Shown here: piece after piece, positions 50,350-62,959 of the stretch | How the letters are laid out: the number at the start of each line of letters is the position of its first letter | Position numbering within the stretch: position 1 is the first letter of the stretch | Assembly (NCBI RefSeq): GCF_004010195.1 | Contig: NC_057758.1 | Span: 2,306,417 to 2,370,416, forward strand | Direction: 5' to 3' | DNA from: Chiloscyllium plagiosum | Lineage: Eukaryota | DNA: 64,000 nucleotides | Made by a program: the position numbers and the translations under genes | Notes under the pieces: generated by a model | Told to the model about the DNA's origin: nothing | The model's database searches: none | The model's input: only the letters and a program-made list of their open reading frames with translations

Positions 50350-52712
50350 CTCAATGGAGAAGAATTTGTTAAGTGAGTAAAAGAAACATTTCTGATTCAA
50401 TATGTGTATGTACCTTCTCGAGAAGGTGCAAACCCTGACTTACTCTTGGGAAATAAGGGAGGGTAGGTGAATGAGTTATCAGTGAGGGAGCATTTTGGGT
50501 CCACCGATCATAATTTTATTCGATTTAGAATAGTGATGGAAAAGAATAGACCTCATCCAAAAGTTGGAAGAAGGCTAATTTTGAAGGTGTTACGTAAGAA
50601 ATTTCAAAAGCTGGTTGGGGCAGATATTCGCAGGTTGCCTGGAAAATGGATAACCTTCAGAAATGAGATAACGGGAGTCCTGAGACAGTGTATTCCCGTT
50701 AGGGTGTCTGGAAAGTCTGGTAGGTGTAGCAAATCCTTGAGAATTAAGAAATTAAGGCTCTGGTTAAGAAGAAAAGTAAGCATGTGCCTCAGGTACAGGC
50801 AAGATAAATCAAATGTATCTTGAGAAAAGTATAAAGGCAGTAGGTGCATACTTAACAGGGAAATCAGGAGGCAGAAGGGGACATGAAATAGCTTGGCAAA
50901 TGGAGTTAACGAGAATCCAAAGGGCTTTCACGAATATATTAAGGACAGAAGGGTAAGTAGGATGAGAACAGGACCCCTTAACGATCAGCAAGGCGGTCTT
51001 TGTGTGGAAGCACAGGAGATGGGTGAGATACTAAACGAGTATTTTGCATCAGTGTTTACTGTGGGAAAGGACATGGAACGTATAAAATGTAGGGAAATAG
51101 ATGGTGACATCTTGAAAAATGTCCATATTACAGAGGAGGAACCGCTGAATGTCTTGAGAAGCATAAAATTGGATAAATGCGCAGGACCTGATCGGGGTAC
51201 CCGAGAACACTGTGGGCAGCTCGGGAAATGATTGCTGAGCGCCTTCCTGAGATACTTGTATCAGCGATAGTCACAGGTGAATTGCCAGAAGACTGGAGGT
51301 TGGCTAACCTGGTGCCACTGTTTAAGAAGGGTGGTACGAGATCCTGTCGTCTGTGTTGTGAAAGTTGTTGGAAGGATTTCTGAGGTACAGGATGTATATG
51401 TATTTGGAAATGCAAGAAATGATTAGGGAGAGTCAACATCGTTTGTATATGGGAAATTATGTCTCACAAACTTGATAGAGTTTTTTGAATAAGTAACAAA
51501 GAGGATTTATGAGGGCAGAGCGGTTGCCGTGGTCTATTTGGACTTCAGTAAGGCGTTCGGCAACGTTCCTTATGGAAGTCTGGTTAGCAAGGTTAGATTT
51601 CATGGAATAAAGGAAAACTAACCATTTGGTTAAAGAACTCGTTCAAAGATTGAAGACAGAGAGTGGTGGTTGAGGGTAGTTTTTCAGAGCCCTGTGACCA
51701 GTGGAGTGCCACAAGAATGGGTGCTGGGTCCACTGCTTTTCGTTATTTATATAAATGATTTGGTTGTGAGCGTAAGAGGTATGGTTAGTAATTTGTCAAT
51801 GACACCAAAGTTGGAGGTGTATTGGTCAGCGAAGTAGGTTACCACAGATTGCAACGGGAGTTTGATCAGATGGGCAAATGGGCTGGGAAGTGACAGATGG
51901 AGTTTAACTTAGATAAGTCTGAGGTGCTACATTTTGGGAAAGCAAAATTTAGCAGGACTTATGCACTTAATGGCAAGATCCTAGGGAGTGTTGTTGAACA
52001 AAGATACATTGGATTGCAGGTTCTTGGCTCCTTGAATGTGAACGCGCAGATAGATAGGATAATGAAGAAGGCGTTTGGTATGCTTTCCTTTATTGATCAG
52101 AGAATTGAGTGCAGGAGTTGGGAGGTCATGTTATGGCTGTACACGACATTGGTTAGGCCACTTTTAGAATATTGCGTGCATTTCTGGTCTCCTTCCGATC
52201 GGAAGGATGTTGTGAATCTTGAAAGGCTTCTGAAAAGACTTATAAGAGTGTTGCCAGGGATGGAGGATTTGAGCTGGAGGGGGACGTTGACTAGGCTAGG
52301 ATTTCTTTCCCTGGAGCTTCGGAAGCTGAAGGGTGACCTTATAGAGGTCTATAAAATCATGAGGGATATGGATAGGTTAAATAGACAGGGTCTCTTCCCT
52401 TGGGTCGGGCAGTCCAGAACGAGAGGGCATAGGTTTAGGGTGAGAGGGGAAAGATATAACAGATTCCTAAGGGACAACTTTTTCTCGCAGAGGTTGGTGC
52501 ATATTTGGAGTGAGCTGCCAGAGGAAGTGGTGGAGGCTAGTATGATTGCAACATTGAAAACGCATCTGCGTAGGGATATAAATAGGAAGAGTTTGGAGAG
52601 ATAAGGGCAGAGTGCTGGCAGGTGGGATTAAATTGAGTCTGCATATTTGGTTGGCATGGAGATGTTGGACCAAAGGTTTTGTTTCTGTGCTGTACATCTC
52701 GACGACTCTATG
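50350..52712 (+). mobile_element. Decayed CR1 LINE ORF2 (APE end, tether, RT, tail)
   Basis: EILNEYFASVFT (50893-51231); ORF 51897-52604 with LVRPLLEYCVHFWSP and RTRGH. Confidence 0.9.
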
Positions 52713-53369
52713 AAAATATAGAAGGCATTTGCTATCAACAACGATTTTCTGAATTTGACAACCGCCTATAAACATTGCAAACACAGTAATGTACAAACAT
52801 TCTTAATTCATCAGGTCACATTTAATATTGTATCTCAGTATACAAGAACCACAGTTCACTACAAAATGCAGTGACTTATATTTTCACCGTCCTGGTGATA
52901 ATCCTTTTGAGATTGACTGCTAATTATATTCATATCTTCATTCGTATTTTGCCATGTTCCTTTGGTGTTATTAACTCTTGGTCTTAAATTAAAAGGAGAA
53001 TAGTGTCTTTTTTTGGATATCTTCAGTGCCTCAACACCAACTGCACAGAAGCAGGAATCACAGACGAAGGATTTGGATAGCATTCCAGACTGAGATAAAG
53101 AGAAATTACTTTGCTCAGAGAGAATTCAGTCTGGTGAATACAAGCAGGTGGGCCGAACAGAATGCAATTTCCCTGATTAGAGATGGTGTCAGGAAGCCTT
53201 AGTTGGTAGATATATACAGGAGTGTCAGGTTTTCTGGCACTCTGAAAGCTAGCTCTGAGGGAGATGGACCATTGTCAAGGATTTCCACGCGTAAACAATG
53301 TGTAAATTGTGAATGAGATACTGGCTTCTTGAAGTTATTTTAGTGAGATTATGGTAGCCTCGGCTAGAG

Positions 53370-55570
53370 GTAGATATTGACACGAAAACATTGAATGTTT
53401 ACAAGAGGTAGATTTTTTTTCAGAACTGAAAGTTTTGGGGAGAAAGCGGGAACAGTCATGGAGTTACATCATCAGTCTTCATTGAATTGAATATTGCAGC
53501 AGAATCGAGGGGAGGAATGTTCTACTCCGGCTCCTATTACCTACGCTTTTGCTTTTAATATTGATAGTAAATGGTGTACACCGTTCAAGTGCACATTGGA
53601 ACAGTAAGGTTCATTGCTCAAGGATGGGGAATGAATTAGGAGAGTCGATTTATTCAGTATTGGATGTGTGTGGACCTAATGTCGTCTCAGGTTTTTTTTT
53701 TGGAAGCTAAACCGGTGCTAAATGCAACACCAACATGATGGAGACTTCATTCAGTTTCGAAGTGAGAGGGAGTTTCAAGATTCGCTTGGACGATACACAA
53801 CATGGATAAATTGTTCAATATGCAAAGGTCAAAAAGTTTGGCACTTTACTCACTGAACATTGGAAGAACAAAAGATAATCTCATTGAAACACGTAGCATT
53901 CCTTACATTTATCTTACAGTATAAATGCTGAAAGGACGTTTCCTCTCCTAAGTCAGTCTCAGGCCAGAGGGCCTGGTCTCACTAATAAGGATAACCTTAA
54001 GAGGAATGTGCAGAGGGATTTCTTCTCCTAGTTGTGAGTCTCTAGAACTCCTTGCCGCAGATAGCTGTAGGGTGTGGGGGGCGGGGAGGGGGTAGTCCCT
54101 CTGCAGATTGAAAGCTGAGATAAACACACTCATTATCAGTAAGGGAATGAATCTTTATAGTGTAAAGACAAGGAAGTAGGCATGAAGAATGTCGGATCAG
54201 CTGTGAACCTGATGAATGACGAAGCAGAGAGGAGTGGTTGAACTGCAAACCCTTATTCCTACTTGTTATAATCATATGGAGTTGGTAGCTGGGTAAAGGG
54301 CTCCATCTGTGACAACAGCCAGGGACTTCTCAGTTATGTCATCGGACACATTGTCCCTGGATGCGTGGTGAGAATGAAGAAGAGGTCAATTGGAAACACT
54401 TTAAAGATTCTTCAAAAGAATCTGGACATATGTTTGCAGACATTCGAAAGATATGAGAAGTTGAAAAATGTTGTAATTTCACCATTAAAGGTCATTGGAT
54501 ATTGTGCAAAAATATGAGCGAAACAATCAGCAAGTGATGTTAAATCAAAATCCAACACTTCATAGATGCAAATTAACACACGTGTTTTCAGTGAGACATA
54601 TCTTTCGAATATATTAGAGACAGCAAAGCAAGGAGTGAAATTGAAAACTACCCACTTTCCCGGATGCGTGCTATTCCAACAACACTCAAGAAACATGACC
54701 CGTATCCAATAAAAAGCAGCCTGCTTGATTGGCATCACATCAACAAATATCCGTTCTCACCACCACCGAAGCTCAGTAACAGCAGTGTGCACTATCCACA
54801 GGAGTGCACTGTTTACAGTGTCAGGAAATTGGAAGTTGCTGGCTTCAAATATCTTGAAGGGAGACAGGCACAGAACAAAGAGATATGCCTCATACAGTAA
54901 GTGGTTGGGATTTGAAAGCAACTGCATGGAAACAGTGTGAAAGCATGTTTAAGAATTTCTACCACGGGCAATTTTAAAGGCAAAGCATAGTGGGAGGGGC
55001 TGGGAATGGGTCGAATAAACACAGGTCTGTAAAAATAGCGTGAGGACTCCGCTTTGCACAACATAGAACATAGAACAATACACGCAGGAACTGGCCTTTT
55101 GACCTACGATGTTGTGCCAACCACGATGGCAAATTAAATAAATCCCTTATGCATGTCCTTGGTCCATATTCTTCCATTCCTTACAGAGTCATGTGTTTAA
55201 CCAAACGCACCTGCCTCCTTCACGCCACAGAAGCGCGTTTCCGACAACTGCCAGTGTACAAAATGCACCTCTAATCTTCTTTAAACATTTTCCCCGCACC
55301 TTCAATGCACACTCTCCGTTATTATTCATTATACATGTGGGAAAAAGATTCTCACCACCACCTAATCCATGCATCTCATGAAATTGTAGACTTCTATCAA
55401 GTGTCACTCAGCCCCTGAGTCCCTAGAGAAAAACAAGCCTAGATTTTTGAGCCTCTCATATCCGCATACCCTCTAATCCAGGCAACATCCTGGTAAACCT
55501 CTTCCATATCTTCTCCAAAGCCATCACATAAATCTTCTAATATAGTGTCCAGAAATGAATGCACCTTTTA
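53370..55570. mobile_element. Patchwork of short CR1 3' fragments (both strands) and a Zenon-like fragment (54640-54810)
   Basis: CR1 tail motifs at ~53460-53545, 53830-54275 and 55060-55570 ((CATAGAA)n); TTLKKHD...KAACLIG-like segment. Confidence 0.6.
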
Positions 55571-55928
55571 CTGAAGTTTTGATCCTACCAAGGGGGAAAA
55601 GCTGTTCATAAAAAAACAAAGGTTATGAAAGGAATTTTAAAAACCAACAACTTATCAACACACATTATATGTGTTGTTTACACGCCTGCAAGATATCAAG
55701 GAGAGTAGAACTGTAAAAAATAAGTGTTCTGAAGATGAATCCGATTGGAAAAATATCATCACATCCGAGTCTTTCTTTCAGCAGATTCCACCAACTTGCT
55801 GAGTCCAGTCAGAAGTTTCGGTTTTTTTCTCTTTACATAATTTTCTGGATCACCTTCCTGAGCTACACTGCACTATTATGGCAGTTCAACATCCCTTGAA
55901 AAGTGAAAGTATTGAAAAAGAACATTAC

Positions 55929-56100
55929 CAGGAACACCAATGATAGCCAGGAACGGAAAATAAAAGTGTTGGATAACCTGGAGTAGGTATGTTAGTCGTA
56001 ACTGTAGGTGGATAGTTGTAGAAAAAGAATGAATGGAAGAGGATAAAAGCCTCTCCACTGTCGTACCACTCCAATCTAAAGGTATCAGTTTCTGATCCAT
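55929..56100 (-). CDS. GPR139/GPR142-like GPCR, first coding exon, copy B
   Basis: MDQKLIPLDWSGTTVERLLSSSIHSFSTTIHLQLRLTYLLQVIQHFYFPFLAIIGVP followed by G|GTAATG, a phase-1 donor. Clear paralogy with 33567-33726 (LQVIQ..YFP.LAI.G.P), including upstream nucleotides. Confidence 0.8.
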
Positions 56101-56729
56101 TGCAGTAGCGTTCCAATCTGATGTTACCAGATTCTCTGTCCCTCTCTATATGGAACCGGTGATCTCAGTCTGTGACGGATATTTCTCCAGTTGAATCTGC
56201 AGGATAATTGACGTTATGAAAAGCGTCTACATATTTGTAGAAAAGGAACCCCTCCAGGGACACAATTAGGCTCTGTGGAGACACGCACCCACTGCTCACC
56301 CTTCGCAATCCAATTGTTTTTTTAATATCTCGCTGCAAGGTGTCTCCTGATGCGATGTTTTGGTGGCAACTGTTTGCGACGTTTTTCAGATCTATGAACC
56401 TGAACTCTCAAGTCTCTTTGAACATCAACTGTATTTAACTTCAAACGATTTTGAAAGCGTTATGGTCTGCCATTTTCAGTCCAAAATGATTAAACTTACA
56501 CTTGATCATTTTGAACTCAATCAGCCACAGATTTGTTCATCAACCTATTGTACCGAAATACGTTTGTAATCTTATGCTGTCACTATAATATCAATAATGC
56601 CACCTCCCCTTGTGTCATCAGCAAAATTGAATCCATGACTTCCTATGCCATTTTTCAAAAATACACTAAATAAATAATGCGAATAATTGAGTCTTCTACA
56701 CATCCTTGTGAGTCATCATTGGTCACATC

Positions 56730-57866
56730 CAAACACATTGACACGCAAGATTACGCACATATGCACACCTCCACTCATACAAGTACAGTCACAATGGCAC
56801 AAACACACAATGACATACATTTAGACACACATTCAATAACACGCTGTCTGGTGCATAAGTATACACACACAATTACAGTCTTACAGTGGCACAAACACAG
56901 AGTGAGACAATTGCACTGACACCTCTCACACACTGAACACACACAAACAGGCACATAAAATGCCACTCGCACAGTGACGTGCAGTCAGACACTTGCACAA
57001 AATTAGACACAACAGCATGGTCCCAAGTAAACGTACAATCACATGTCCTCAAAATGATATATGCACACATTCACAATAACTCATTCAGAACGCACAATAA
57101 CGCAGATAGAAACAATCAATGACAACCACAATGACGCAATGACAATGGCACATACAATCACGTGCAAACTCACACAGTAACACATGTTCAGATGCACATA
57201 CAATTATACACACACCCAATTCCATACAAAATTCTGCATGCAAATACAGATGATCAGAAAGAAGGACAATCATTCTCAGAATGACACACACACACAATAG
57301 CACATACAATAACTCACGATAACGCAACACATCAAAAGACACTTTCATACAGAGTATTACATGGACATGCACAGTAGCATATAATCACGCACACACAATA
57401 ATACACATAGCGCACACAGAATTGCACAAAATCAGAAAGACTTACAATTACACACACATGGACAGAATGGCACAAACATAATTACAACATTTCAATGACC
57501 ACATTGATGCTACTCACAATCGTAAACATTCTCCAAGATACATATTGATAGACACACATACAATTACAAACATGCATGCCATAAACATAGGCACATGATC
57601 ACACAATAATGCTTTCAAAATGACACAAACACATATAATGATACTCTCACGATGACACACACAAAACTGCACACTGTAGCACATATTCAGACACATATAC
57701 AATGGCACACTCAGCATGCACACAATCACACGCAATCACACATATTCAGACGAATGTATAATGACACAATGATGCCACACGCATGCAATTTTTCACCAAA
57801 TAGCACATACAACTGCACACGTTCAAAAATATTCACACTGACACCCTCATCAATGACACACACACA
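56730..57866. repeat. ~1.1-kb decayed (CA)n-like low-complexity tract
   Basis: Strongly A/C-biased + strand with pervasive ACAC; the overlapping V/C-rich and T/H-rich ORFs are compositional artefacts. Confidence 0.8.
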
Positions 57867-57964
57867 TAGAGTCATAGAGATGTACAGCATGGAAACAGAC
57901 CCTTCAGTCCAACCCGTCCATGCCAACCACTTATAATGATAAACATTGCCCGTCCATAATAGAA

Positions 57965-58270
57965 CGGAATCCCTACATTGTGGAAACAGACCAATTGGCT
58001 TAAAAGGTCGATATCAAAGAGTGTCCCACCCAGCCCATTCATTTGCCCACGACTGACACATGAAGCCCACACTTTCCAGAACACTCTGGCTAATTTCGCG
58101 TGGGCAATTAACCTGACCTGCACATCTTCAGTTTGTGGCAGGAAACCCACGCAGGCGTGGAGAGATTTGACAAACTCCACACAACCGTCTGAACCTGGAT
58201 TCGAACCTAGGCATCTCGGACTTTGGGCAGGAATGCCAACCATTGATCCTCCATGCCGTGCCATCAGTGC
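57965..58270 (-). mobile_element. Diverged HE1-type V-SINE
   Basis: Minus-strand head GGCACGGCATGG...GGTTCGAATCC and V-domain TGTGTGGAGTTTG...GCGTGGGTTTCCT. Confidence 0.7.
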
Positions 58271-58469
58271 CTGCATTTCCCTGGATCTCTCTCTTTTGTA
58301 AATGCTATGTTATTTTAATATGTTGCAATTTGTTGAACGTGGAGTGAAATGAAAAAGAAATAAACTATCAATATTTCTGAAATATTTGCGTTTTAAAAAA
58401 TAGTTTTTATGTTTTCTTCTCATTCAATACATTGTTTATACAGCTGCTGGCCAGAGCAGTAATGGTTAT

Positions 58470-61400
58470 GTGGGAATGGGGAAAGCATGCAAACAATTTT
58501 GAGCTTGACTACCCGTGACTCCGCTTTCAATAAATTGTTCACCTGAATTCTAAGTTCCCTCTGTTCCACTGCACTCCATCCTGTCCTGCCGTTCAACATC
58601 AACCTCTATTAAAGTCGATTTGTCATTTGTCCGCCCACTGTCCCAGCTGATCAAAGTCCTGTCGTAATTTCTGATCATCTTCCTCACTGTTCATGGGACA
58701 TTCTCTTCTAGTGTAATCTACAACCTTACTAATCATGCCTTGCACACTGTCATCCATATCATTGACAGAGGTAACAAACAGCAATGGGCCCAGCAGCAAA
58801 CCCTGAGGCACTCCACGAGTCAGAGGCGTCTAGTCCGACAAGCAACCTTCCACTATTACACTCTGCTTCTGACCATCAACCAAATTAGATAACTAATTTG
58901 CCAGGTCCACCTGGATTCCATGCAATCTAAACTTCCAATACAGTCTACAATGTTGATCCTTTCCAAAGGCCTGACCTGAACTTATATAGTCTACGTCTAC
59001 TTCCCTGCCATCGTCACATTTCCAGTCCGTTCATCAAAGAACTCTAGCAAAAGGCTATGCTGTGTGCTCTGAACCACAACATGTCTTTTCGAATGCATGC
59101 ATATTTTATTTCTGAGAATATTGTCAAGAAACTTATAAACCACCGTTAGGCTTCTACATCTATTATCCCAGTATTTGCTTTGCAGCCGGTTTTCAATAAG
59201 GGCTCAATATTCGCGTTCTACCCGTCTTCTGGAACCTTATAGTGCGAAAGAGATGCAAAAACCATCAAACAAGGTTCCCAGAATTTGTTCTTTAACCTTT
59301 TGTAGTGATCTTGAATATATCTGTTTAGGACCAGGCGATTTATCCACGTTCACACATTCTCATATGTCCAACACCGCACTAACTGTGATATAGACTGCCT
59401 CCAAGGTATCAGCGAGAGTAGGTCCGATCAGGGATAGTGGAGGGAACCTGTGCCGTGAGTCGGAAGAGGTATGGAGATCCTAAATTAATACTTTGCCCCA
59501 GTATTCAGTAGTGAGCAGTAACTTGCCGTTTGTGAGGACAGTGAAAACTGGCTGATATGCTCAAACAGTTGGATGTTAAGAAGGAAGATATTCTGAAAAC
59601 TTTGCAAAATATAAGGACAGATAAGTCTGCTGAGCGGGAAAGCATTTACGAAGGTTACTATAGGAAATTAGGGAAAGATTGCTGTCCCTTTGGCGATGAT
59701 CTTTACATACTCATTCCCGGATGCTCCGGTCCCCTCTCACAGTCCAAAACATGTGCAGATTAGGTGAATTGGTCACGCTAAATTGCCAGTAGTGTTAGGT
59801 GAAGGCGTAAATGTAGGGGAATGGGTCTGGGTGGGTTGCGCTTTGGCTGGTCGGTGTGGACTTGTTGGGCGGAAGGGCCTGTTTCCACACTGTAAGTAAT
59901 CTAATCTATTCTAATCTAATCATAATAGAGTAGTACAAAGTGATTGGATGGTGGCAAGTGTTATTCCCCTGTTCCAGAAAAGGAACAGGGAAATCCTGGG
60001 AATTACAGACCAGTATGCTTGTGGTATGTTTGAGATGATTCTGAGAGCCAGCATTTCTGATTACTTGGAAAACCTTCGTTTGATGAGGGATAGTCAGTAT
60101 GGTTTTGTATGAGGTCATACTTCACAAGGCACTTCCAGGAAGTAAGGTGGCATAAGATGCAGGGAAATTTGGCTTTCTGAATACAAAATCGGGTAACCCA
60201 TAGAAGACAGAGTGTGGTAGTAGATGGGCAGTAATCAGCCTGGAGCTCAGTGACCAGTGTTGCTCCACAAGGATCTGTTCTGGAATTTCTGCTTGTTTCT
60301 GATTGTTGTAAATGACTTGGACAAGGAAGTGAAAAGGTGAGTTAGTAAGCTCAGTCATGACACAACATTTGGTTGAGGTTACTCAGCAGTTCTACAGAGG
60401 CCAAGTTCGACCACAGTTGGAATATTGTGTTCAGTTCTGTTCACCTCAATTTAGGAAGGGAAGGAGTGGAAATGTGAGAGGGAGTGCAGCGGATACTTAC
60501 CAGGATGCTGCCTGGATTGGAGGGCATGCCATATGAAGAAAGGTTGAGCGACCTAAGGCTTTTCTTATTTGAACGAAGAAGAGTGAGAGGTGACTTGATA
60601 GAGGTATAAAAGATGCTGAAGGACAAGGAGTGATTGAATAGTCAGAGACTGTTTTATACCACCAGGGCAGAAATGGCTATCAAAAGGGGGCAAAACTTTA
60701 AGATGATTGGTGAAAGGTGCATGAGAGATGTCATAGTTTGGTTCTTAGAAAGTGGTGGGTGCGTGGAATGCACTGACAGCAGAGGGACAAGAGTCAGATA
60801 CATTACAGACATTTATGCGACTCTTAGATAGACACATGGATAAGAGTAATTTGAAGGATATCTGGGTTAGTTTGATCTTAGATTACGATAAAGATTCAGC
60901 ACAACATCGAGGTCTGAATGGTCTGTACGGTGCAGTATTGTTCGATGATACATGTCACCATGAACTTCCCACAGATCCCAAGTCTTCATGTCTTTCTCCG
61001 CTCCATCGGACCGTATATTGAGTATAAAAGTTGGCATGTCATGTTGTTATTGTACAAGATAATGGTTTGGCAGCATTTAGAATACTGTGTATAGTTCTGG
61101 TCGCCACATTACCAAAATGATGTGGTCGCTTTGGAGAGGGTGTAGAGAAGGTTTACAAGGATATTGCCTCGTATGGAAGATGCTAAATTTGTCGAGAAAT
61201 TGAGTAGGTTCGGATTATTTTCATTTAAAAAATGGAGATTGAGGGGGGACCTGATTGAGGTTTACAAAATCATGAAGGGTATAGACAGGGTAGATAGAGA
61301 TAATCTTTTTCCCCGGGTGAAGAATTCAATAACGAGAGGTCACGCTTTCAAAGTGAAAGGTGAAAGGTTTAAGGGGGATACATATGGCAAGTATTTTACA

Positions 61401-62020
61401 TACAGGGTTGTAGGCGCCTGGAATGCGTTGCCAACAGAGGTAATAGAGGCAAGCACGGTAGCTTCTATTAAGATGCGTCTGAACAGATGCATGAGTAGAT
61501 GGGGATTAGAGGGATACAGATGCTTAAGAATTGAGAGATAGGTTTAGACAGTAAATTTGGATCGGCTCAGGCTTGGAGGGCCGAACGGCCTGCTCCTGGG
61601 TTGTACATTTTCTTTGTTATTTGGTAAACACACAGGAGAAACATTCATCCAAGACCTCGCCCACCTCCTACGGTTCTACAGATATACTGGCCAAGAATAT
61701 TAAGGAGGATAGTAAGGCTTTTTTAGTTATGTGCAAGGCCAAAAAATGGTGAGGACAAAAATTGGGACCTTGAAGACAGAAACAGGGGAATATATTACTC
61801 GGAACAAAGAAATGGCAGAGGAATTAAATGGGTACTTCAGATCTGTGTTCACTGGGGAAGACACAAGCAATCTCCCTGAGGTAACAGTGGCTGAAGGACC
61901 TGAACTTAAGGGAATTTATATTTGCCAGGAATTGGTGTTGGAGAGACTGTTAGGTCTGAAGGTTGACAAGTCTCCGGGGCCTGATGGTCTGCATCCCAGG
62001 GTACTGAAGGAGGTGGCCCG
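58470..62020. mobile_element. CR1 fragments (58470-59410 minus; 59410-60950, 61020-61620 and 61690-62020 plus) with a partial HE1 SINE (59720-59920)
   Basis: PQGLLLGPLLF (58623-58811); RLRGDLIEVYKIM (61164-61541); 61830-62020 is nearly identical to the reverse complement of 28510-28703. Confidence 0.8.
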
Positions 62021-62285
62021 NNNNNNNNNNNNNNNNNNNNNNNNNNNNNNNNNNNNNNNNNNNNNNNNNNNNNNNNNNNNNNNNNNNNNNNNNNNNNNNN
62101 NNNNNNNNNNNNNNNNNNNNNNNNNNNNNNNNNNNNNNNNNNNNNNNNNNNNNNNNNNNNNNNNNNNNNNNNNNNNNNNNNNNNNNNNNNNNNNNNNNNN
62201 NNNNNNNNNNNNNNNNNNNNNNNNNNNNNNNNNNNNNNNNNNNNNNNNNNNNNNNNNNNNNNNNNNNNNNNNNNNNNNNNNNNNN
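62021..62285. other. Assembly gap (265 N)
   Basis: Run of N. Confidence 1.
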
Positions 62286-62808
62286 ACCTCTATCAAGTCA
62301 CCTCTCACTCTTCTTCGTTCAAATAAGAAAAGCCTTAGGTCGCTCAACCTTTCTTCATATGGCATGCCCTCCAATCCAGGCAGCATCCTGGTAAGTATCC
62401 GCTGCACTCCCTCTCACATTTCCACTCCTTCCCTTCCTAAATTGAGGTGAACAGAACTGAACACAATATTCCAACTGTGGTCGAACTTGGCCTCTGTAGA
62501 ACTGCTGAGTAACCTCAACCAAATGTTGTGTCATGACTGAGCTTACTAACTCACCTTTTCACTTCCTTGTCCAAGTCATTTATAAAAATCAGAAACAAGC
62601 AGAAATTCCAGAACAGATCCTTGTGGAGCAACACTGGTCACTGAGCTCCAGGCTGATTACTGCCCATCTACTACCACACTCTGTCTTCTATGGGCTACCC
62701 GATTTTGTATTCAGAAAGCCAAATTTCCCTGCATCTTATGCCACCCTACCTCCTGGAAGTGCCTTGTGAAGTATGACCTCTTACAAAACCATACTGACTA
62801 TCCCTCAT
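62286..62808 (-). repeat. Inverted duplicate of 60083-60605
   Basis: 523-bp reverse-complement match with only a handful of substitutions; ORFs 60122-60358(-) and 62533-62769(+) differ at 2 of 78 aa. Confidence 0.95.
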
Positions 62809-62959
62809 ACCTGTGGTAATACTAAAAGATGAACGTGCCAACTGCGGTAGCTTACATTAACAACAGCAAAAACAGTGCCAAAAACGCTGCAGTTCTGAGA
62901 CATTGGATGATGCAGTTGGAACTTAAATCCTTTACTCATGGGCTCAGAGAGTATACTAT

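Noticed and set aside
56677..57936. Cys/Val-rich and Thr/His-rich ORFs
   Set aside because: They are translations of a decayed CA/TG repeat.
61731..62450. 239-aa and 163-aa ORFs spanning the N run
   Set aside because: These are artefacts of translating through the gap.
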